From NCBI GenBank assembly GCA_963836205.1, contig CAWIIV010000023.1, positions 32,001 through 96,000 on the forward strand: a stretch of 64,000 bases of DNA. The letters run 5' to 3'. The DNA comes from an uncultured Acidimicrobiia bacterium (GTDB lineage Bacteria; Actinomycetota; Acidimicrobiia; Acidimicrobiales; AC-14). The position numbers and the translations under genes were made by a program. Within the stretch, counting starts at the first letter, position 1. The number at the start of each line of letters is the position of its first letter. Shown here piece by piece: positions 52,569-61,057 of the stretch. Below the pieces are notes generated by a model. The model was not told where the DNA came from. It did no database searches and saw only the letters and a list, made by a program, of their open reading frames with translations.

Positions 52569-54116
52569 ATGTGGAAGAGGCGGGCACGCGGGCGCGGGAT
52601 GCTGGTCGTGGCGGGAGCGATGCTGGCGGCGACGTTGGGGCCGGTGACAGCTGCCGACGCAACGAGTACGAGTCAGGCGGCCGGCGGACAGGGCCAGGTG
52701 CAACTCCTGGGGCAGATGTTCCTCGCCCTGCGGGCGGCCCAGTTCGACCGGACCATCGACTTCGGGCCCTTCGAGGACGTGTGCCCGGGGGCGTCATTCT
52801 GCGCGGTCCCGGCCCGGCCGGTGAAGTACATGCCAAACATCGACCTGGCGATCATCGAGCTCGATCAACAGGGCCAGGCGACGGCGGTGGCGAACGTCCT
52901 TCTCTCACGGGACTATCCCGCCGGGCTGCCCCTGCCTATCGACCGGGTGGCGGGTCCCGCGGGCAGTAACGGGGTGAGCGTCGTCCGCTGGCGGCGGTGG
53001 GATATCGACCGTTACAACGGCGGCACGTTCTCCCAGGACGACGGCCACCAGCTCACCCAGAAGGGGTGGAAGACCAATCCACCGCTCACGGCGGCGGACA
53101 ACATCGTCCCCGGGCGGTTGGGGACCCCGATCGACTTCATGGCGCCCTACCCGGCGTCACTGTTCAAGATCATCGTGGCCTTCCGGATCATGCGCCTGGT
53201 CGACTTCGGCCAGCTGAGCCTCGACCAGACCTATACCTACAACCCGGTCGCCTCGTTGGCGGCCGAGGGCAAGCAGCTCGACCAGCCCCTGGAGCGCCCG
53301 GTCGGCGTCGGGGTGGCGACGGCCGCGGCGGTGGCCGCGGAGGGAGAGACGCGGACCATCCGGGACTGGTTGGACCCGATGATCACTGTCTCGAGCAACA
53401 ACGCGGCGCGGGCCATGCTCAAGCTCCTCCACGACCGCAACGACCTCCCGGCCATGCACGCCGAGCTCCGGGGCCTGGGGCTGGGAACCCTCCAGGTGAA
53501 CGGCACCGACCCCGGCACCGGCGGTAACTGGCAGCCGGGCAGCATCCACATGACATCACTCGACACCGCCCGCCTGCTGTGGCTCATCGAGGGTGGGGCG
53601 GGGACGCTCTGGCTCCGTCCCGACGGACGGCCGGTCCTGGCGTCGCTGCTGTCCTCCAGCTCCCGCAGCTTCCTCAAGGGATTGCTCGACGACCAGGCGT
53701 TCCACGAGGCGCTGAGCACGGGGAGCCTGTGCGGCAAGGCCAACGTCCGGCCCGGTATCCCCGCCCTGGTGCCCGCCCGCTGGATCAACCCGGACGGCAC
53801 CGAGACGGCCGGCGGCTTCCCCTACGGCCAGGACGTCCGGCCCTGCAACGCGGCGGCCGAGGTGGTGTTCGGGCACAAGACGGGGCTCACGTTCAACTAC
53901 GGGTCGAATGCGGGGATCGTGCGGTCGCTGCCGGGCAAGCCGGAACGCCGCTACGTGATCGCGTTCAACTCGAGCCTCGGCTACCGCTACACGGACCCCG
54001 CCTTCGCCTCCCGCTCGTCCTACCCGTGCTACGACCCGGTCGGAGGCATCTGTTACACCCAGCGCATCCCGGCGATGGCGAAGCAGCTCGACGACTACAT
54101 CAAGTCGACTCCGTAG
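52569..54116 (+). CDS. Secreted serine hydrolase, class A beta-lactamase-like
   Basis: Signal peptide; PASLFK (SxxK), SSN (SxN) and HKTG motifs. Confidence 0.8.
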   Translation: MWKRRARGRGMLVVAGAMLAATLGPVTAADATSTSQAAGGQGQVQLLGQMFLALRAAQFDRTIDFGPFEDVCPGASFCAVPARPVKYMPNIDLAIIELDQQGQATAVANVLLSRDYPAGLPLPIDRVAGPAGSNGVSVVRWRRWDIDRYNGGTFSQDDGHQLTQKGWKTNPPLTAADNIVPGRLGTPIDFMAPYPASLFKIIVAFRIMRLVDFGQLSLDQTYTYNPVASLAAEGKQLDQPLERPVGVGVATAAAVAAEGETRTIRDWLDPMITVSSNNAARAMLKLLHDRNDLPAMHAELRGLGLGTLQVNGTDPGTGGNWQPGSIHMTSLDTARLLWLIEGGAGTLWLRPDGRPVLASLLSSSSRSFLKGLLDDQAFHEALSTGSLCGKANVRPGIPALVPARWINPDGTETAGGFPYGQDVRPCNAAAEVVFGHKTGLTFNYGSNAGIVRSLPGKPERRYVIAFNSSLGYRYTDPAFASRSSYPCYDPVGGICYTQRIPAMAKQLDDYIKSTP

Positions 54117-54149
54117 CGTCCCGCAACGGGACCGGCCCTGACGCCGATA

Positions 54150-54582
54150 TGGAGCGTCGGCGCGGAATCCGTCGATAGCCCGGACGCCGTTGCGTTGCTA
54201 CGCGACTACTTCGCCGAGCTCACCGTCCGCTACTTCCACCGAGAGACCACGGACGAGGAGATCGACAAGACCCTCGAGGAGTTTCCGAGCACCGGCCTTG
54301 CGCTCTTCCTCATCCTCCGTGCACGCGGGGTGCCTGCCGGTTGCCTTGGCGTGCACCCGACCGGCGAGATCACGCGCATGTATGTCATCCCCCGGTTTCG
54401 CCGCAAAGGCGGCGCCCGCGCCCTCCTCACCGCCGTCGAGTCGTGGGCCCGCACCCAAGGCATCACCCGGCTGTTTCTCGACACCCGCACCGATCTCGTC
54501 GAGGCCCGAGCGTTCTACGCGTCGTGCGGGTTCATCGAAATCCCGCCCGCCACCAGTACGCCTGGCCCCTTCCAGGACCACC
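54150..54582 (+). pseudogene. GNAT acetyltransferase, truncated at its 3' end by an IS remnant
   Basis: EITRMYV.PRFRRKGGA and LDTRTDLVEARAFY..CGF; no clear start; C-terminus runs into IS481 sequence. Confidence 0.7.
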
Positions 54583-54913
54583 GTGACCTGGCGCCGGGCC
54601 CAGGAGCGTCCGACCCGGTAGCTGGTGCCGGCGAAGCAGATCGACCCCCCGCCGTCGGCCATGCGCACCTCGCACACCGCCTTGTAGCGCCTGCTCCACC
54701 GGTCCCAACTCCACGAGTACGGGGGCCTCCTCTGGATCTGCGGGCGCGAACGACCACAGCGAAGAAGGTGGCGACCGGCGGGTGGTGGACCCTCAGTCAA
54801 GCGTCAGTGTCGTGCAGGTACCGAAGCCAGTGTCGCCCAGGTACCGGAGCCGCGTCCGGGGAATGTCAGGTGGTACCGGAGCCACGGTGTCAACCATGTA
54901 CCGGAACCGCACA
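54580..54913 (-). mobile_element. Internally deleted IS481-family element (left end plus transposase fragments)
   Basis: Terminus reads TGTGCGGTTCCGGTAC on the minus strand from 54913; four TGTC-N5/6-GTACCG[G/A]A[G/A]CC repeats; RBS and LVELG.VEQ/RYKAVCEV joined directly to GSICFAGTSYRVG...RRQV. Confidence 0.65.
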
Positions 54914-55030
54914 CCAGGCAGCGAGCCTTTGGTTCTCAAAATGCTCATCACGGCGTCCTTGCCGGGAACAATCCACAGGCCGGGAAAACGCTGTTACCTG
55001 GACTTTTGTGGTGCGCCCGGAGAGATTCGA

Positions 55031-56452
55031 GAGAAATAGTCAAGACCTGTGGATCGGATTCCCGTCCGACTACGCGGCGGCTCCCTGATCCTGCTGGTTG
55101 GGGCGCTCGACCATCACCCCCTTCTCGAACTTGGTGCCGGCCCGCACCAGGGCCACGAGATTAGGGCCGTTCACCGCTCGCCACCGGTCCTGGGCGGACT
55201 CGATGAGCTTGAAGGCCATGGCCAGCCCGGCCACCCGGGATCCGGGGCCCTTGGTCACCTTGGTCCGCAACCGCACGGTGGCGAAGGTGGACTCGATGGG
55301 GTTGGTCGTCTTGAGGTGGATCCAGTGCTCGGCCGGGAAGTCGAAGAAGGCGAGCAGCGTCTCGGTGTCGTCGACGACCTTGGCCACGGCCTTGGGGTAC
55401 TTGGCCGCGTAGGCCTCGGCGAAGCCGCTGATGGCGGTGATGGCGTGGTCGCGGTCCTCGGCGTCACGGATGTCGGCCAGCATGCGCCGGGCGCTGCGCT
55501 GGGCCGACTTCGGCAGGGCGGACAACACGTTGGCCACCTTGTGGACCCAGCAGCGCTGGGTACCGGTGGCGGGGAACACCTCCCGCAGAGCCCCCCAGAA
55601 CCCGAGGGCACCGTCGCCCACGGCCAGCACCGGGGCCCGCATCCCACGGCGGCGGAGGTCCCGCAGTACGTCGGACCAGCTCTCCGTCGACTCCCGGAAG
55701 CCGTCCTCGATCGCCACCAGCTCCTTGGTGCCGTCGGCCCGCACACCCACGATGACCAGGGCACATAGCCGTTCTTCCTCGAGTCGGACGTTGAAATGGA
55801 TGCCGTCGGCCCACACGTAGACGTAGTCGACGGCGGAGAGATCCCGGTGGGCGAAGGCGGTCCGTTCGTCCTGCCACTGGCGGGTCAGACGGGTGATCAC
55901 CGAAGCCGACAGGCCGGCGGCGGAGCCGAAGAACTCGCCCAGGGCCGGGCTGAAGTCGCCGCTCGACATCCCGTGCAGGTACATCAGGGGCAGCACCTCG
56001 GCCACCTTGGGGCTCTTGCGGCACCACGGGGCCACGATGGCCGAGCGGAACCGGAGTCGGTCGCCGGTGTCGGGGTCGAGGCGGCGGTCGTCCACCCTCG
56101 GCGCCTCGATCTCGATCCCGCCCGCAGCGGTGGTGATGGTGCGGGCCTCGGCGTGGCCGTTGCGAACCACGCGCCGCCGACCACGCTCGTCGAGCTCGCC
56201 GGCCATCGCTTCGATGTACGCGTCGACTTCGGCTTCGAGGGCGGCGGCCAGCATCCGTCGGGCACCCTCGCGGACGATCTCGTCGAGCCCGGCCGTCAGC
56301 TCCGCGCGGGCGTCATCATCGGTGACTACTGTCAACATCGGCGTTCCTTCCTCGCCGGCGTTCCACCGCCAGCGACTACTCGTTTTGGTCAACGAGGAAG
56401 GTACGCCGCGCCCTCGAACGGGTGGGTGATCCACAGGTTCTGGTCATAACTC
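55031..56452 (-). mobile_element. IS256-family insertion sequence
   Basis: 25-bp imperfect IRs (GAGAAATAGTCAAGACCTGTGGATC / GAGTTATGACCAGAACCTGTGGATC); 9-bp TSD GAGATTCGA at 55022-55030 and 56453-56461. Confidence 0.93.
55070..56338 (-). CDS. IS256 (Mutator-family) transposase
   Basis: RNG, YVWADG, RES..SW, VGDGALG, QRCWVHK and TTNPIES motifs. Confidence 0.95.
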   Translation of the reverse strand: MLTVVTDDDARAELTAGLDEIVREGARRMLAAALEAEVDAYIEAMAGELDERGRRRVVRNGHAEARTITTAAGGIEIEAPRVDDRRLDPDTGDRLRFRSAIVAPWCRKSPKVAEVLPLMYLHGMSSGDFSPALGEFFGSAAGLSASVITRLTRQWQDERTAFAHRDLSAVDYVYVWADGIHFNVRLEEERLCALVIVGVRADGTKELVAIEDGFRESTESWSDVLRDLRRRGMRAPVLAVGDGALGFWGALREVFPATGTQRCWVHKVANVLSALPKSAQRSARRMLADIRDAEDRDHAITAISGFAEAYAAKYPKAVAKVVDDTETLLAFFDFPAEHWIHLKTTNPIESTFATVRLRTKVTKGPGSRVAGLAMAFKLIESAQDRWRAVNGPNLVALVRAGTKFEKGVMVERPNQQDQGAAA

Positions 56453-56623
56453 GAGATTCGAACTCCCAACCTTCTGATCCGTAGTTCGCACCAAGGGGTT
56501 ATCCACAGGTCGCCGTGAAGGTCCACAAGGCTCATCTCTGGCCTCTGAGCTGGGCTTTCGCGGATTGGCTTGAACCCGCAGATGACCGTGGTTGACCGCC
56601 CGTTTCAAGTTTTCGCCGACGTT

Positions 56624-56647
56624 TGGTTCTCACGGTGGTTCTCACGG
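56624..56647. repeat. Tandem 12-bp direct repeat (candidate integrase arm sites)
   Basis: TGGTTCTCACGG x2, about 140 bp inside the att core. Confidence 0.6.
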
Positions 56648-56827
56648 AATGTGCTGAAAAGTTAGATGCACCGAACCCTCCAACATCGGAGGGGGACACG
56701 GCATCCCATACGAGAGACCGCATCTCACGCGTCGGACCTGCTGAGGGTCGCCGTGCGGCGAGCATCGGATGCAGAGCGAGCGGGATCGCGCCGCACCCGA
56801 TGAGATGGAGGTCGATCCAGACTCAGT

Positions 56828-56871
56828 TTGACCGACGACCGGGCGCCATGCCATAATCGAACGTATGTTCG
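56828..56871 (+). promoter_or_regulatory. Promoter with overlapping LexA (SOS) box upstream of the HD operon
   Basis: TTGACC(56828)-18 nt-CATAAT(56852); TCGAAC-GTAT-GTTCG at 56857-56871. Confidence 0.75.
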
Positions 56872-57029
56872 TCTCCCGTCCGGCGCCCCGACGCCCGCGG
56901 AACGGTGCCGGACAGTGGTCGACGTCGGCAGTAGAAACGGCTGCACTCCCGGGGGGGCATCCCAGACGCCGGTGTCATCGACAATTACGCTGTGAGGTTT
57001 CGGGTGAAAGCAGGGACGAGAACGCTCCA

Positions 57030-58364
57030 GTGACGGCTTGGCAAGAAATACGAGACCCAGTACACAACTTCATCAAGGTAACTTCGTACGAACGGCGAGT
57101 GATCGATTGTCCTGCGGTACAACGGCTTCGACACATACATCAGCTCGCAATGTCGTACCTTGTTTATCCTGGCGCAACCCATCGTCGGTTTGAGCATTCT
57201 CTAGGGGTCATGCATCTCGCTGGCGAGGCGTTCGATGTTGTAACTGCCGCCGAAAATATCACCGATGAGGTCCGTGACCTCATACCTGAGCTGAAAGAGA
57301 CCCAAAACTTCGACTATTGGCGAACGGTAGTTCGCATGGCCGCTTTATGCCACGATCTCGGTCATCTGCCGTTTTCTCATGCAGTAGAGCACCACCTGAT
57401 GCCTGACGGCTATAACCATGAGCGCCTGTCCATGGACCTAATCAACGGGCCCGAGTTGACGGCCATTCTTGCCGACATCATCCCTCCTATCCAACCGGGT
57501 CTGCTTGCGAAACTCGCCGTCGGACCCGGAAAGGCAAAGGGACAGGCATTCAATACGTGGGAAGCGATCCTATCCGAGATCGTTGTGGGCGATGCCTTCG
57601 GCGTCGATCGGATGGATTACCTGCTGCGAGATTCACTTCATGCGGGTGTTCAGTACGGACGATTCGATCACCATCGCCTACTGGATACCTTGCGCATACT
57701 CCCTGCAGCACCGGCTGGGGACACTGAGGACGCATCTGAGCCCTCTCTCGGAGTAACCGAGGGTGGCCTACACGCCGCAGAATCTCTCCTGCTAGCTAGA
57801 TACTTTATGTGGACGCAGGTATATCTTCATCCTGTTCGTGTTATGTACGACGCGCATCTCCACGACTTCCTTCAGGCCTGGCTTCCCGATGGTCGATTTT
57901 CGGTCGATCTCGAACGACATCTCGCTCTGACGGACCTGGAAGTGCTCGCAGCAATGAGGGCCTCACAATCGAATCCCGAAGCGCCCGGTTTTGAAGCTGC
58001 GCGACGGATCTTGACTCGTGGTCACTTTCGTCGTGTATTTGACCGCGCGCCAAGCGATCTTAGTATTACTCTTGAACCCGGCGCTGCCATCGCAGCGGCT
58101 CTCGCAACTAAATACGATGATGCGAATGTAAAGACAAAGAAGTATGCACCCGGAAGCGGAGGAGTCGAGTTTCCGGTTAAGGTTCATGATGGATCAGTCG
58201 TATCATCCACCTCGTTATCTGCAGCCTTGCGTGGACTGCCAAAAATAGTCGTGGACCAAGTCTTCGTTGAGCCTTCCTTGGCCAAGGAGGCTCGCACTTG
58301 GCTCGCCAGCAATAAGAGGTTGGTACTAGAGGCTGCGGCTGTAGATGAAGGAGCAGAGGAATGA
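57030..58364 (+). CDS. HD-domain dNTP triphosphohydrolase-like protein (SAMHD1/YwfO family)
   Basis: IRDPVH, QRLRHIHQL, YPGATHRRFEHSLG, HDLGHLPFSH, DRMDYLLRD and VYLHP motifs. Confidence 0.9.
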   Translation: MTAWQEIRDPVHNFIKVTSYERRVIDCPAVQRLRHIHQLAMSYLVYPGATHRRFEHSLGVMHLAGEAFDVVTAAENITDEVRDLIPELKETQNFDYWRTVVRMAALCHDLGHLPFSHAVEHHLMPDGYNHERLSMDLINGPELTAILADIIPPIQPGLLAKLAVGPGKAKGQAFNTWEAILSEIVVGDAFGVDRMDYLLRDSLHAGVQYGRFDHHRLLDTLRILPAAPAGDTEDASEPSLGVTEGGLHAAESLLLARYFMWTQVYLHPVRVMYDAHLHDFLQAWLPDGRFSVDLERHLALTDLEVLAAMRASQSNPEAPGFEAARRILTRGHFRRVFDRAPSDLSITLEPGAAIAAALATKYDDANVKTKKYAPGSGGVEFPVKVHDGSVVSSTSLSAALRGLPKIVVDQVFVEPSLAKEARTWLASNKRLVLEAAAVDEGAEE

Positions 58365-58918
58365 ATCGACTCCAACGAGCGGCAATTCTTGGCCTTCTCG
58401 TGCAATCACTACGCGATCGTGGAAGTTGGGCCGGTGAGACACACGTTCAGAAGGCGGCGTATCTCCTCGAGCATGCAGCCGGCGTCCCTCTGGATTACGA
58501 ATTTGTACTCTACAAGCACGGCCCTTTCTCGTTTGATCTCCGTGACGAGTTGAATGACTTCAGCGGGGACGGCCTACTTGTTATTGAGCCCCAAGTCTAT
58601 CCGTACGGGCCAAGGTTGCGCGTAACTGACTTGGGTCAGAAGAACATCGAGTTGCGAGACCAAACGGCAAATCAGTACCAGGGTGCAATCGCTACAGTCA
58701 CGCTCTTCATCGGCGATCGGGGTGTGGCGGCTCTAGAGCGACTAGCAACCGCGTTCCTGCTCCATTCTGAGTCGCCGAACGCCTCGGACGAGGAAATCGC
58801 AACCCGCCTGGTCGAGGTTAAACCGCACGTAAGCCGGTTTGATGCGTTGTCGGCTGTCAGAGAGATGCGAGTTGCGGTTCCTTCCTTGCTGACATCAGGG
58901 TCATCCGGCCCCAGTTGA
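58361..58918 (+). CDS. SocA/Panacea (DUF4065)/YwgA-like protein
   Basis: HVQKAAYLL...YEFVLYKHGPFSFDL and LERLAT motifs; ATGA coupling to the HD gene. Confidence 0.68.
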   Translation: MNRLQRAAILGLLVQSLRDRGSWAGETHVQKAAYLLEHAAGVPLDYEFVLYKHGPFSFDLRDELNDFSGDGLLVIEPQVYPYGPRLRVTDLGQKNIELRDQTANQYQGAIATVTLFIGDRGVAALERLATAFLLHSESPNASDEEIATRLVEVKPHVSRFDALSAVREMRVAVPSLLTSGSSGPS

Positions 58919-59827
58919 TTCGTTCGTGCTTGGAGTGGGCGCAACTGGAAAACCAAAACGACGAGCTCCAGGGCCGGATAGCCATCTACTACCCTCCTCG
59001 CATGTGTCGGAAATCGAGCAATATCGACACTGGCTCCCAGGGTGGCGCAGCTGGGGTTCCTTGCTGAATCCTGCTTGAACGGCCACGACTGTGGCCGCGG
59101 TGCATACAGCTTGGACCCCCTCCTCGATTAGTGCTGGATCGACGTCTATCTGCACAGTTCGATGTGCCCCACAGTCTGGGAGAAGCGCGACCACTCTTAC
59201 CGGCTCCTCACCCACAAGTGCTGCCATCACTGCGGCGAATCCTAGCTCTCTTCGGATATATTCGCTCCAGGCGCCGTTAAGGATCAGCCCAAGGGTCAAT
59301 TCCCCATCAACTCTGTATAGCAAGTCGATTCGGCCAGCGATTCGGAGCGCCCGACCTGGGTACTCCCATGCAGGCCTCCAACCAATCCGAGTCCCAGGAG
59401 GCAGAGGCCAGACGCCGATCGCTCGTGCAGCTCCGGAAACAAAAGAGATGGCTCTTTGACCAATCATTGCCCGTTCCGGCTTGCTCGCACCATACCGGAT
59501 CCATTCCCAGGGCCAGCGATTGCTATCGCCGTTCCGAAATGCCTCGACGAAGGCGCGAGGTGGGCCAACCGAAAAATCGAGTTCGCAGAGTGAGTCAAGC
59601 GCGCTAGCTCGCCAAACAGTATTGACACTTGACTCGAATGGAGTGGAAGGCGTCGCAGCCTCCCTCGCCGGACAGACGAGGGATTGGCGGACTTGCCATG
59701 CGCCCACTTGCAACCGCTCGTCCTCCGCTGCGTCCCAATACTTGCCGGGAGCACACCGCTCCGCAACAACACTTAGTTGGTCGGTTAGTGCCTTCCGTAC
59801 TGAGTCGTGCCGCTTAGAAGGGGTCAT
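58901..59827 (-). CDS. Cas4/AddB-like PD-(D/E)XK-fold protein, catalytic ExK apparently missing
   Basis: N-terminal CP; GRIDLL without a following (D/E)xK; C-terminal PGSQCRYCSISDTC. Confidence 0.65.
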   Translation of the reverse strand: MTPSKRHDSVRKALTDQLSVVAERCAPGKYWDAAEDERLQVGAWQVRQSLVCPAREAATPSTPFESSVNTVWRASALDSLCELDFSVGPPRAFVEAFRNGDSNRWPWEWIRYGASKPERAMIGQRAISFVSGAARAIGVWPLPPGTRIGWRPAWEYPGRALRIAGRIDLLYRVDGELTLGLILNGAWSEYIRRELGFAAVMAALVGEEPVRVVALLPDCGAHRTVQIDVDPALIEEGVQAVCTAATVVAVQAGFSKEPQLRHPGSQCRYCSISDTCEEGSRWLSGPGARRFGFPVAPTPSTNESTGAG

Positions 59828-60776
59828 CGGCCAATCTTTCCCTGAACTCAACAGGTAGCTCCGCAGTGACTTGAGCCGACGGACATTGCTTGGCGTCCGG
59901 ACACCAACCGCAGCGATATGACGGGTTTTCGGTGGGAATCCGGCCACCCGCCAACTCACCTGCCAATATGAGGGCATCCCCCAGCCGCCTCGCGGCTGAA
60001 CGCAGTTCGTCTTCGCCAATCCAGATGTCGTCGACCGCTCCGGTCTCGCCGCAGCAAGTGATGACACAGTCCGGCGGGATACCGTCACGAAACGCAACGA
60101 GGAGCGCGTACAGGAGGGCATCCTCAATATCCTCCCGCCGAAAGCGTCTCGACTTTGTCTCGATGATCGCGGCTCGACGGCTAGTCGGCGGTCCACCAAG
60201 CACGATATCTGCCCGGCTATCGATCATCACCTCGCCATCGGCCAGCGTGAGACACGCTCGGTCCTGGACTCTCGGCCACCATTCGCCGCTCAGTTGCGGC
60301 CAGTCATCTAGGAGGCGTAGACGTCGTTCTGTGAGATCCTCTTCAAGGGCTTTGCGCAGGCCTGCGTCCAGAGCGCCGACCCAGTCGAGAATGCCCTCGT
60401 TTTGGTCTCCGCTGGCCCGGAGCAACTCAATGGCTAGATCCAAGGGAGGGTCGTCGAGCCGTCCTGCAGTGACCCGATGGCTGCAAAGTAGGTCGAGAAG
60501 TACGCCTAACACCAACTCCGACGTGACATCTGCGTCCTGGGGTCTCAGCATCGCAAGCATGTAGCGCTCGCAATCAAGCATCTGCCGAATCCGACCCTTA
60601 GAGAGCCGAAGCGGCTCAGCGCCAAGGGGGAGGCTGGCAAGTTCGGTCGCTCGGCGGGCGGCGTCCTCGAGGTCGTCGAGAAGGGCCGAGACGATGCCGT
60701 CAGCGATGCGCCGTGAACTGCCCCCGTTCGCCCATCTCTCAATCAGTGCAGCGAACTGAGTTTGCCCTTCCGCCAT
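59814..60776 (-). CDS. Cas4/AddB-like PD-(D/E)XK nuclease with a four-Cys cluster
   Basis: LSKGRI...DCER, SRADIV...IIETKS, LLYAL and PSYRCGWCPDAKQC motifs. Confidence 0.8.
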   Translation of the reverse strand: MAEGQTQFAALIERWANGGSSRRIADGIVSALLDDLEDAARRATELASLPLGAEPLRLSKGRIRQMLDCERYMLAMLRPQDADVTSELVLGVLLDLLCSHRVTAGRLDDPPLDLAIELLRASGDQNEGILDWVGALDAGLRKALEEDLTERRLRLLDDWPQLSGEWWPRVQDRACLTLADGEVMIDSRADIVLGGPPTSRRAAIIETKSRRFRREDIEDALLYALLVAFRDGIPPDCVITCCGETGAVDDIWIGEDELRSAARRLGDALILAGELAGGRIPTENPSYRCGWCPDAKQCPSAQVTAELPVEFRERLADDPF

Positions 60777-61057
60777 GTCAAGGAACACTACCGCTGGGCC
60801 TCGCTGGAGAGGTGCACGTGGCCAACCAAACGTGCCGACCAGACTCTCGTCTTCTCGGCAGGGCGTCCGTGATTCCTGTCAACCCCGGCCTCACGCGACC
60901 TGGCCCTTTGTCTCCGCCTCTCGGATCCAGAGGCGTGCGTCCCGACTGGACACCCTCGTCCGGGACGCGAGATCTCGAACGTCGTTACGGCCTAGTTCAA
61001 TATCGGACCCGACTACGCACAGACGAGTGCATTGCGTCCCGCGGGACGGCAGCCGTG

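Larger units (their letters stand above)
55009..56484 (-). mobile_element. att site: 3' half of tRNA-Arg(ACG), interrupted by IS256
   Basis: Joining 55009-55030 to 56462-56484 gives (minus strand) CTACGGATCAGAAGGTTGGGAGTTCGAATCTCTCCGGGCGCACCA, spanning anticodon loop, T-arm and CCA; the 5' half is absent. Confidence 0.88.

Noticed and set aside
54808-54908. Possible CRISPR-like direct repeats
   Set aside because: Spacing of 2-12 bp is too short, and the repeats end in a TGT/ACA terminus, fitting IS481 end repeats
55009-56484. Functional tRNA-Arg gene
   Set aside because: Only the anticodon-to-CCA half is present; the D-arm and 5' acceptor strand are missing and an IS interrupts it
56499-56507. 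Replication origin based on a DnaA box
   Set aside because: Single box only, with no cluster, AT-rich unwinding element or dnaA/dnaN context
58901-60776. CRISPR adaptation module (cas4)
   Set aside because: No cas1/cas2 or repeat array anywhere in the window
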